From Cyclobacteriaceae bacterium (GTDB lineage Bacteria > Bacteroidota > Bacteroidia > Cytophagales > Cyclobacteriaceae), in the NCBI GenBank assembly GCA_035292565.1, contig DATDPY010000125.1, forward strand, positions 1 through 34,067: a DNA stretch of 34,067 nucleotides, read 5' to 3'. The notes under the pieces are model-generated. The model was not told the origin of the DNA, did not search any database, and saw nothing but the letters and a program-made list of their open reading frames with translations. Below, one piece after another: positions 9,068 through 16,934 of the stretch (the first letter of the stretch is position 1; each line of letters starts with the position of its first letter). The translations under genes and the position numbers were made by a program.

Positions 9068-9469
9068 TTATTCGGCTTTGCTCATGACCAGCTTTCCATG
9101 CTTGATCCCCTTGATGCTGATTAGCCTGTCGGATAATTCTGTGAGTTTCGATGCCTGCCCTTTCAGTGCAAAAATTTCCATGCAGATATCAGGACTCAGG
9201 TGATAATGCTGAGTAGACAGAATAATGTCAAAATAATCATGTTGAATCGTGCCCGATTTCAGGGAAATATCTTTCTTATGATGATCGTAAATCAGCACTA
9301 CGGCTCCGGCCACGATGTTATTACACTGCCATTTTCTTTCAACGATGTTCCTTTCAATGAGTTGCCGTACAGCCTGCGATCGATTCGAAAATTGATTGTC
9401 GGATGCATACAAGTCAAGCGCGTCCAGTAATTCTTCCTCAAGGCTCACTCCAAATCTTGTAACCGGCAT
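9068..9469 (-). CDS. nikR: Nickel-responsive regulator NikR (ribbon-helix-helix + ACT-like metal-binding domain)
   Basis: N-terminal RHH (TRFGVSLEEELLDALD...NRSQAVRQLI). The C-terminal domain carries HYHLSPDIC, which is the HxHx5C high-affinity Ni site, plus an upstream His pair (YDHH). Confidence 0.85.
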   Translation of the reverse strand: MPVTRFGVSLEEELLDALDLYASDNQFSNRSQAVRQLIERNIVERKWQCNNIVAGAVVLIYDHHKKDISLKSGTIQHDYFDIILSTQHYHLSPDICMEIFALKGQASKLTELSDRLISIKGIKHGKLVMSKAE

Positions 9470-9498
9470 GGTATTACGTTTTTAAGATTTCGTGTTAC
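9470..9498 (-). promoter_or_regulatory. Putative NikR operator 2 (GGTATTAC-N13-CGTGTTAC), abutting the nikR ATG
   Basis: The 16 core positions and the spacing are identical to the site at 9022-9050. Confidence 0.5.
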
Positions 9499-9547
9499 GA
9501 ATTTAATTACATATTGGTATTTGGCAATAATTTATTTACAATTTTTT

Positions 9548-9911
9548 AATCATTGTTGTCCGGTAAAAATGGAAAAGGAAAACAATTCGTTATTCTGAAT
9601 TAATTAACCGTCTTTTCAGGATATTTTTTGAGTCCAAGTCCCCCTTTCAAAGATAAAGTCGAATCGAGACCCTTTTTCGTGGGTCGGGGAGTCTTTGAGG
9701 AATTTGTGGAAATGCCGAAGGAATATTCGTGCACTCACCCGTCAGTCCTGGCAAAGCAAGAAGGAAAGGGCGGGTTCGTGCAATCCCCGAACGGTTTTGC
9801 CACTAATAACACGAATTGACACAAATTGACACCGCTTTCGCGGTGTGTGGTGTCCTTTAAGATTTTGGGGGTCAGCATGTGTAAAATTCGTGGATTCGTG
9901 GCTGAAAAATC
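9548..9911. repeat. Composite intergenic repeat, locus B (same family as 6101..6411)
   Basis: The left end AATCATTGTTGTCCGGTAAAAATGGAAAAGGAAAACAATTCGTT and the right end GATTCGTGGCTGAAAAATC match the locus A termini. Interior modules GGAAATGCCGAAGGAATATTCGTGCAC and CACGAATTGACACCGCTTTCGCGGTGT (perfect 7-bp hairpin) match the locus A units. Confidence 0.8.
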
Positions 9912-9994
9912 ATTAGTTATTGGTGTAACCAGATTCCATTCAATGGACAAATCTTCAAAACGATATCTTTCCCCGGACAGTAGTGATTTTTTAA

Positions 9995-10600
9995 TTACCT
10001 GATTATCTTGATAGCCGATATTATCACCGGAGAGTTTAACATCTGGTTCGTATCAGGCAAGCGTTGAATTCTTCTAACCACTCCCATTCCCTGAATCACT
10101 TTCCCGAATGCCGCAAATCCCTGCCCGTCGGGGTTGCGTTTTCCGCCATAATCCAGTTCCGGCTGATCGTCAATGCAGATGAAAAATTCAGAGCTCGCCG
10201 TTCCAGGTTCAAGTCTTGCCATAGAAATGGTCCCGTTTTTATGCTTGATTCCTGTTTTGAGGGTCGATTCATGTTCTATCGGGGCCAACCCTGGCAGGGA
10301 GTCAACAAATCCAAGTCCGGCCTGGATCACTTCGATTTTGATTTCATTATCAGGCTGATTATCCGGTTTTACGACCCGGTAAAAACAAGCACGGTCATAC
10401 ATGTTGCGTTTAATATATTCCAGGAAGTTATTTGCGGTTACCGGGGCTTTATCGATATAAATCTCTACTCCGATTATTCCATACTTTGTCGAAATTTCGA
10501 CGACAGGATTGGATGAGCTTAATGATTTACACCTGGATGCCGAAAGGGATGTAAAAATTATAAGCAGAAAATATGCATACCTGGGCATTGAATTCATCAC
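9995..10600 (-). CDS. Cyclophilin-type peptidyl-prolyl cis-trans isomerase, secreted or lipoprotein
   Basis: Signal peptide with a Cys (SLSASRC). Cyclophilin blocks VTANNFLEY, FYRVV, GTISMARLEPGTASSEFFICI and GFAAFGKVIQGMGVVRRIQ. Confidence 0.85.
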   Translation of the reverse strand: MMNSMPRYAYFLLIIFTSLSASRCKSLSSSNPVVEISTKYGIIGVEIYIDKAPVTANNFLEYIKRNMYDRACFYRVVKPDNQPDNEIKIEVIQAGLGFVDSLPGLAPIEHESTLKTGIKHKNGTISMARLEPGTASSEFFICIDDQPELDYGGKRNPDGQGFAAFGKVIQGMGVVRRIQRLPDTNQMLNSPVIISAIKIIR

Positions 10601-10618
10601 TTTGATTTATCTCTAAAA

Positions 10619-12502
10619 TCAGTTAATGCGAAATACCTTGAAAGAGTGCGGTTTTATGGTTATTTCAAAGGTGGTGACTTTTTCTCTTTCCCGCCCCCAG
10701 ATATAATTTCCCTCGCCCGCCTGTCCGTCGATCTTCAGCCCAGAAGGAAGTTCAGTCAACCGGACATTCTCTCCTTTTACACATATCTTCACATCGGATG
10801 TCTCCGGCAGGAACGACTCGGCAATAAGCGTATTATTATCGTACAGGAACAGACTGACCTTCGACGGGCCTTCAAAATACACCTTCATATCCTGTGAAAG
10901 CACCTCACGGATCCTGCCCAGCACCTCCTGCGGATATTGATAAAGATCGGCGAAATTATCGGGTATTGTTAAAACGAAAAGTGATCCGTTCCCATATCTT
11001 GCCTGATGCAGTATCGGCCAGCCGGCAGCGCCGTCAAGCGAGGTAATGTCTTCCCATGAGTCATTGGTCAGGTATTGGATCTGCGGGATCAGGATATCTT
11101 TTTCCGATTTCACCACAATTCCCCTGCCCAATTGGAACTCATTGACCAGGGCCTTCCTCTGCGTATATTGCAATTCAACAATATCTTCAATCCCCTTACC
11201 TTCCAAAGCATAAAGTAAGCCTGAAGTGATGGTAACATTTTTGCCGGCTTCCAATCGCGCTCTGATCTTAATAACGATATCCTTGTCGAAAGCGGCGGTC
11301 TCCGTTAACAGGATCATCGATGGTTCTGCCGGAAACTCAGGCACGATATCCATGGGTATTCCTTCCATGCCCATGTAATTCTGCAAAAAATCTTCTCCTG
11401 TTGAATGAAACGGTTTGTAAGTCTTGACGCCCACGGGGCTTCCGAGCAGTCCAACGATCGCATCGGCCATCTCAACGGTATAGCCGGCGGCCCTGGCCAT
11501 CGTTGACGGTGTAACCATTTTCCCGCCGGCTGATTTAAACGGCTCCATGATTTCATCAAAATCAAATGATGTTCCTGTCCCCTGCCATTCTGCCCGATCG
11601 GTTGTTAGGATGGGCCGTTGAAGCTGACGGAAGTCAAACAGGGTTATTTCAGGGGCTTTGGCGATCAGGGTGAGCCAGAGCTGTTCGGTGTACCGGTCGA
11701 TATAACGCATGCCCCCCGTGTCGACCCAGCCTCCCCCATTGTTTCCGGGTTTCAGGTTTTCGAAATATCGGAATACCAGGTAACTCTCATATTGCTGGAG
11801 GTGCTGACCCCCTGCGTCCGGGTCCCTGGTTTCCGTTCCGGTGTATATGCCGTCGTACTGCTCCGGCCCCGCCTTCAGGTCAAAACCGAGTCCCTGGAAA
11901 TGTTCGTACCAGTTGGGATACTTGATCACAATCTTCACGTTGGGATTGACTGCCTTTGCGGGTCCGATGATAAGATCATTTCCCGCATCCCGCATCTGCT
12001 GAAGCCTGAAATCGGTCCAGCTTCTTTCCCCCTTTTCCCTGATACAAAATTCACATTTGCAGTCTGTGAAGAAAAAATCATCGAGGATCATTTCATCGAA
12101 ATGCTTAGCCGTGTATTCGGCGACCTCCCTGGCTTTTTGCCGGTATTCCGGGTTGGAATAACAATAGGTCTGGAAACGGTTCCTCTCGCTGATCGTGTAG
12201 GTGATCCCCCCTGCCGTTTCGATTCCCCTGTCTTCGAAATATTTTTTTGCGCCATTCAGGATTTTTTCATCCACCACGATGAGGTCGCGGTGGGTCTCAA
12301 GGTAAATCTTGTCGACTTTTACCTGTGAGGAGATCACGTGCCAGGCCGAATCCAGCCATTTTTTGTCAGCCATCTGCCTGACCTCATAAGCCCTGGCATA
12401 TACCGATACCCTGAAGTTTTTATAATGGCTTCCGCTTTGGGCAACTGAATTTACGATGGAAAGAACCAGCGCCAGCAGCAGCAGCGATTGGAATTTTCTC
12501 AT
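10619..12502 (-). CDS. Secreted 627-aa protein of unknown function (possibly a glycoside-hydrolase-like TIM barrel)
   Basis: Clear SpI signal peptide (MRKFQSLLLLALVLSIVNSVAQS) and a long uninterrupted ORF. I recognise no catalytic motif. The N-terminal beta/alpha alternation (VSVYARAY...DKIYLETHRD...DDFFFTD) is only suggestive. Confidence 0.6.
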   Translation of the reverse strand: MRKFQSLLLLALVLSIVNSVAQSGSHYKNFRVSVYARAYEVRQMADKKWLDSAWHVISSQVKVDKIYLETHRDLIVVDEKILNGAKKYFEDRGIETAGGITYTISERNRFQTYCYSNPEYRQKAREVAEYTAKHFDEMILDDFFFTDCKCEFCIREKGERSWTDFRLQQMRDAGNDLIIGPAKAVNPNVKIVIKYPNWYEHFQGLGFDLKAGPEQYDGIYTGTETRDPDAGGQHLQQYESYLVFRYFENLKPGNNGGGWVDTGGMRYIDRYTEQLWLTLIAKAPEITLFDFRQLQRPILTTDRAEWQGTGTSFDFDEIMEPFKSAGGKMVTPSTMARAAGYTVEMADAIVGLLGSPVGVKTYKPFHSTGEDFLQNYMGMEGIPMDIVPEFPAEPSMILLTETAAFDKDIVIKIRARLEAGKNVTITSGLLYALEGKGIEDIVELQYTQRKALVNEFQLGRGIVVKSEKDILIPQIQYLTNDSWEDITSLDGAAGWPILHQARYGNGSLFVLTIPDNFADLYQYPQEVLGRIREVLSQDMKVYFEGPSKVSLFLYDNNTLIAESFLPETSDVKICVKGENVRLTELPSGLKIDGQAGEGNYIWGREREKVTTFEITIKPHSFKVFRIN

Positions 12503-12575
12503 GATCAGAAAAATTTAAATTAAAAATCAGAAAAGGGATAATGACAGGCTAAGGTAATACCTGGCGGGTACTTAT

Positions 12576-13481
12576 TCAATTGATTTTTTGATACTCATAC
12601 CGTGTAACATGCCAACCTGATGACAGCTGGTACGTGAGCGGAAAGAGGCCGACCCAAGGGAAAAAATACCTTCTCTCCTCGATCAATAAATCGCCCATCC
12701 AGGTGTTATGCAGTAATGGTCTGATTTCGCCGGCCATGATACCATAGGCGGACAATAGATTGCCATCCGTGTTAAATTCATAATGATATTCATAGGTTAT
12801 GTCGCCGTCGAGGTTATATTGGATCACAACCGAATCCGAGGAATGATTATCTGAATACAAATATTCCTCTGCCCACAAAAGCGTGCTGTCGCCTGTTTCC
12901 TGTTCCTTGCGAAACAGCCTGTTTAAATCATCATAATAATAATTGATAATATTATCGATGTTGAGGCCATCCGGAGAACTTGTCTCTACAACCAGATTGC
13001 CCGGGCTGTTATAGAAATAATAGGTATGTGTATGTTCAAGCCCTCCCGGTTCAGATGACCAGGTATGAACCAGTTTCCCATCCGAATATTCATAATGCCT
13101 GGAAGTGTGAAGATCTCCATTGTAATAATAAAAGGATTCCCCGGTGAGATGATCTTCCTGGTATTCATAAATGACATAACTCCCCGGCTGGGGATTGCCG
13201 GATTGCCCGGCATAGGATGTTTTTTTATGTAATCGTCCGGATATGTATTCATAGGTATCATAAAACAGCAGGAGCGATGGATACTCGAAAAAAGACTCTT
13301 TGATAACCCGGCCCGATCGATCATAATCGTACGTCCGGTAAGAATGCGGATGGCCTGAATATTGGTCCGAAAAATAAAGGAGTTTTTTTATTCTGTATTC
13401 TCCTTTGGTCAGGATTATTTCTTCGTCGGTACAGGAAAAAAAACAAAAAATAATCGGCAGGGTAAGCAGAACGTGTTTCAT
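12576..13481 (-). CDS. Lipoprotein with degenerate YD/RHS-like repeats
   Basis: I trimmed the start to M at 13481, which gives MKHVLLTLPIIFCFFSCTDE (lipobox Cys). There are five to six YxYD/E..G.L repeats (YDYDRSGRVIKE, YEYISGRLHKK, YEYSDGKLVH, YYYDDLNRLFRK, YEFNTDGNLL). Confidence 0.7.
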   Translation of the reverse strand: MKHVLLTLPIIFCFFSCTDEEIILTKGEYRIKKLLYFSDQYSGHPHSYRTYDYDRSGRVIKESFFEYPSLLLFYDTYEYISGRLHKKTSYAGQSGNPQPGSYVIYEYQEDHLTGESFYYYNGDLHTSRHYEYSDGKLVHTWSSEPGGLEHTHTYYFYNSPGNLVVETSSPDGLNIDNIINYYYDDLNRLFRKEQETGDSTLLWAEEYLYSDNHSSDSVVIQYNLDGDITYEYHYEFNTDGNLLSAYGIMAGEIRPLLHNTWMGDLLIEERRYFFPWVGLFPLTYQLSSGWHVTRYEYQKIN

Positions 13482-13661
13482 GATACTCCATGAACTGTGC
13501 AATAAAATGACACACTTTCTCCACAGAAGGTTGGAAACCAAACGGATTACTGCGGATACATTGTGCACGAATTGCCTTTAACCGCAAAAAAAAGTATTTT
13601 ATCCCTGTAACCATTATTATTTCTCACGGTAATCAATTCAGAACATAACCCTTTCCGTTGA

Positions 13662-14210
13662 GTGGAAGAATTATCCGACGAAATGATCATGCTCAGGGTG
13701 AAGAAAGGCGCCCTGGCTGAACTTTCAGAATTATTCGACAGGTATCATGTGAAATTGTTCAATTTCTTCATGAAGCTGACTTTCGACAGGGCGGCCAGTG
13801 AAGACCTGACGCAGAACCTGTTTTACCGGATTATCCGGTACAGGAATACTTACGAGGGAAAGGAAAACAGTTTTAAACCCTGGATATATCAGATGGCGCG
13901 GAATTTACATGCAGATTATTACCGGCAGCAAAAAAAGAACAACGAAGTGTTCGGAAGACCGGAGATGGGGCATGAAAATATCGCGCCGGAAACGAGTCAT
14001 TTCGAAGAAGATGATTATAAAAGACTGGATTGGGCCCTTCAACGCCTGGAACCTGACCAGCGCGAGATCATCGTCATGAGCCGGTACCAGGGATTGAAAT
14101 ACGAGGAGATCTCCAGGATCCGAAACATCTCGGTTCCCGCAATCAAGGTGCAGGTGCACCGGACCATGAAAGAATTGAGAAAAATATATTTTAACCATAA
14201 AGCAAGCTGA
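13662..14210 (+). CDS. ECF-type RNA polymerase sigma factor (sigma-70 family)
   Basis: Region 2 (DLTQNLFYRIIRY...FKPWIYQMARN) and region 4 HTH (SRYQGLKYEEISRIRNISVPAIKVQVHRTMKEL). The start is GTG at 13662, or alternatively ATG at 13683. Confidence 0.85.
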   Translation: MEELSDEMIMLRVKKGALAELSELFDRYHVKLFNFFMKLTFDRAASEDLTQNLFYRIIRYRNTYEGKENSFKPWIYQMARNLHADYYRQQKKNNEVFGRPEMGHENIAPETSHFEEDDYKRLDWALQRLEPDQREIIVMSRYQGLKYEEISRIRNISVPAIKVQVHRTMKELRKIYFNHKAS

Positions 14211-14211
14211 T

Positions 14212-15024
14212 ATGAAGTGCGAAGAGGTACAGTCCGTGCTCATTGATTACATCGATGGAGGCCTCGAGGCGGAGACCAGGAAGGAAATTGACGATCATTT
14301 AAAATCATGCGAAGTCTGCTCCGGTGAATTAGCCAGGGAACGAATGATCATAGATAAGATGGCAGGTTCTGAAACCATAATCCCGGGGGAAAGGCTGCGG
14401 GCGAACTTCCATGCCATGCTGAAGTCGGAAATCGAAAACCTGGCCCGGGCCAACAGCATAAAAGAAACACCGATCCACCGGATCCTCGGGATCAAATGGT
14501 CTTCGCCATTTATGAGAATTGCAGCCGGACTGGCAATCCTGATTGCGGGGATCGCAATCGGAGTGTTCATCCGTTCAGGGTCAGGAAGACAGCAGTCCGG
14601 ACAATTGTCGGAACTGAAGATCGAAATGCAAGAGATGAAGGAGATGCTGATGCTCACCATGCTGAATGAGGAATCCGCAAGCCAGAGGATCAAGGCCGTG
14701 AATTATACCTCCGAAATCTCTGTTCCGGATCAAAAGGTCATCACGGCTTTGATCTCTACCTTGAATCATGATAAGAACGTGAATGTGCGGATGGCGGCAG
14801 CCTATTCGCTGTCCAAATACTGGGATAATACCCTGGTGAGGGATTCCCTTGTGGAATCTCTCGGCAGGCAGAATGATCCGATCATACAGATCGTACTGAT
14901 CAACATTTTCACCGATAAAAAGGAAATTAAGGCCATCAGGCCGATGCAGGATATTATTATGAATGAGAACACCATTAGTGAAGTAAAAGATATCGCAGAA
15001 AAAAGTCTGACGATTTTAATGTAA
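14212..15024 (+). CDS. Anti-sigma factor (zf-HC2 N-terminus, one TM helix, HEAT-repeat C-terminus)
   Basis: HLKSCEVC = Hx3Cx2C anti-sigma zinc motif, a central TM helix (AAGLAILIAGIAIGVFI), and HEAT-like repeats (DKNVNVRMAAAYSL..., DPIIQIVLINIF). It starts 1 nt after the sigma-factor stop. Confidence 0.8.
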   Translation: MKCEEVQSVLIDYIDGGLEAETRKEIDDHLKSCEVCSGELARERMIIDKMAGSETIIPGERLRANFHAMLKSEIENLARANSIKETPIHRILGIKWSSPFMRIAAGLAILIAGIAIGVFIRSGSGRQQSGQLSELKIEMQEMKEMLMLTMLNEESASQRIKAVNYTSEISVPDQKVITALISTLNHDKNVNVRMAAAYSLSKYWDNTLVRDSLVESLGRQNDPIIQIVLINIFTDKKEIKAIRPMQDIIMNENTISEVKDIAEKSLTILM

Positions 15025-15110
15025 CAAATATGGAAATTATTGAATTCAATGATATAAAAACGAGGGAGGATACCTATTCCATCTGCGGATTAAAAATTAA
15101 ATAAACGAAA

Positions 15111-15905
15111 ATGAAAACAATGAACAACATCATGATGCTTGCCGTCATGATTTTCACAACAACAATTTCAAATGGACAAGATTTCAAAATACCGGTCCAG
15201 AATGTTCCGGACGGGAAACTTACTCTTGTCGATTTTATGGGCGACCTACCTGTTGAAGGTTATGCAGGAACTGAGATCATCATCACCAATGTGGACGAAG
15301 AAGCTCTGATGAGTCCCGAGGAAGTTGAAAGGGCGAAAGGATTGACGCCGATCTATTCCGCAGGTACCGACAATACGGGTATCGGCGTGCACATGGAAAA
15401 GAACGGGAACCAGGTTACCCTTACCTGCCTTTACTCCATTGCAAAACGGGTCGAATTCAAAGTGAAAGTTCCCGATAATTTCTCGCTTAAAATTGAAAGC
15501 GGCTGTGAACGGACAACGGAAATTGATATAAAGAACATTAAAAATGAGATCGACATCAAGAATTGCATGTCAATTAAGCTCCGTAATGTTACCGGCCCTC
15601 TCGTCCTGGCCACCATAAGCGGTGATATTGATGTGGTATTTTCTACCGTCAACCGGGAAAACCCCGTTTCAATCTCGAATATCAGTGGAGCCATCGATAT
15701 TACACTTCCTGCCAACACGCCGGCGGATGTTAAACTGAATACGGTGACCGGGAATATCTTTACCGATTTTGATATTCCCACCCGCACGGACAAAAGCATG
15801 AAGCAGGTCGGCGGATCAAATATTGAATTCCCCCTGAACGGCGGAGGCATAGACTTCAGCATCGTCAATATTAGCGGAAATATTTACTTGAGGAAAGCGT
15901 CCTGA
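15111..15905 (+). CDS. DUF4097-type beta-helical putative adhesin, secreted
   Basis: Signal peptide. Periodic (S/T)G.I(D/F). strands (SGDIDVV, SGAIDIT, TGNIFTD, SGNIYLRK) are typical of DUF4097. Confidence 0.7.
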   Translation: MKTMNNIMMLAVMIFTTTISNGQDFKIPVQNVPDGKLTLVDFMGDLPVEGYAGTEIIITNVDEEALMSPEEVERAKGLTPIYSAGTDNTGIGVHMEKNGNQVTLTCLYSIAKRVEFKVKVPDNFSLKIESGCERTTEIDIKNIKNEIDIKNCMSIKLRNVTGPLVLATISGDIDVVFSTVNRENPVSISNISGAIDITLPANTPADVKLNTVTGNIFTDFDIPTRTDKSMKQVGGSNIEFPLNGGGIDFSIVNISGNIYLRKAS

Positions 15906-15939
15906 TCGCATGCCCACAAGAAATTAAAATTTCCATAAC

Positions 15940-16584
15940 ATGAAAAACTACTTATTGGTGATCATACCATGTCTGCTGGTCAATCCGGCAATGGCACAGA
16001 AGATGATTGAAAAACATATGAATTACAGCCAGGGAAAATCCATCCAATTGAACATACAGATCGCGGATTCGATCCGGATCATTCCCTGGGAAAAGAACGA
16101 GTTATATGTAAGGGCCGTTGTAAACATCAATGATAATCAGGACAACGATATTTACACCTGGACTTTTAATGATACCGGTTCGAATATCGAAGTATCTGCT
16201 AAAATGCCCGAAAAGGAATTTTGGTCCGATAAAAACAATGATTGCTGCTGTAACCGGATGAATGTATTTTGTGAAATCCATATTCCCGAAAATGCCCGTT
16301 ATTCTGTCGAAACGATCAACGGGAACCTGATCCTTGCCGGCAAGGGGCCGGATATCCGGGCAAAAACAATTAGCGGATTCATCGACATGACGGTTCCGGG
16401 CACTTCCGGGGCGGACCTTGAATTTAAAACGATCACAGGTACAGTCTATACCAACTTTGAATTGAAATCACCGGGAAAGCGCCATTCGGGCATGACTGAT
16501 TTTGATTTAAGTGTTAACGGAGGTGGCCGGCCGGTAAGCCTGGAGACTATTAGTGGGAATATTTATTTGAGGAAGGGGAATTGA
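15940..16584 (+). CDS. Second DUF4097-type putative adhesin (paralog of 15111..15905)
   Basis: Signal peptide. It shows the same periodic motif (NGNLILA, SGFIDMT, TGTVYTN) and the same C-terminal ending ISGNIYLRKG as the upstream gene. Confidence 0.7.
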   Translation: MKNYLLVIIPCLLVNPAMAQKMIEKHMNYSQGKSIQLNIQIADSIRIIPWEKNELYVRAVVNINDNQDNDIYTWTFNDTGSNIEVSAKMPEKEFWSDKNNDCCCNRMNVFCEIHIPENARYSVETINGNLILAGKGPDIRAKTISGFIDMTVPGTSGADLEFKTITGTVYTNFELKSPGKRHSGMTDFDLSVNGGGRPVSLETISGNIYLRKGN

Positions 16585-16615
16585 AAAGTAAGTTTTAAAT
16601 CTGGCAGGGGTTAAT

Positions 16616-16666
16616 TGAGTGTGGGGATGGGTGTGAGTGTGGGTGTGAGTGTGGGTGTGGGTTGGT
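16616..16666. repeat. G/T-rich tandem tract (12-nt unit GGGTGTGAGTGT x2.75, six G3-4 runs nearby)
   Basis: 16629-16640 and 16641-16652 are identical, followed by the partial copy GGGTGTGGG. The tract is flanked by GGGG runs at 16607 and 16623. Confidence 0.85.
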
Positions 16667-16934
16667 CCATGGCAGATTGTTTTTCTTAAGATTATGAAGG
16701 AACTTGCCGGTCTTTATGGTTGTTATCAAAAATATTAAATGATATTATCTGAATGCATTTTAATAAAACTTCGATAACGCAAAGTTTTGATTCGATTGTT
16801 CTGGTGATAAAACGTGCTAAGGAGATCATTGAAGAACATATCAAAAGTGGACGTTAGTAATGCTGTGAACTTTTAGTACGTTTTTATTGGTAACGATGAA
16901 AGTCGTTCTTCCTTTTTCCATTGCTTAAAATTTC

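Noticed and set aside
9628-9950. Two overlapping ORFs (63 aa plus strand, 71 aa minus strand) upstream of nikR
   Set aside because: Both lie entirely within repeat locus B, overlap each other on opposite strands, and have no protein-like features.
13621-13661. ECF-type autoregulatory promoter (GAAC...CGTT) upstream of the sigma-factor gene
   Set aside because: The spacing between the two elements is ~11 nt, not the 16-17 nt expected, and the motif abuts the start codon.
16616-16666. G/T-rich tandem repeat considered as a CRISPR array or minisatellite-encoded peptide
   Set aside because: The units are 12 nt with no spacers, and no cas genes are present. It is not a CRISPR array.
16753-16857. 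34-codon ORF (MHFNKTSITQSFDSIVLVIKRAKEIIEEHIKSGR) in the 350-nt non-coding gap
   Set aside because: It has no hydrophobic or other recognisable architecture and no supporting promoter motif, so it cannot be distinguished from chance.
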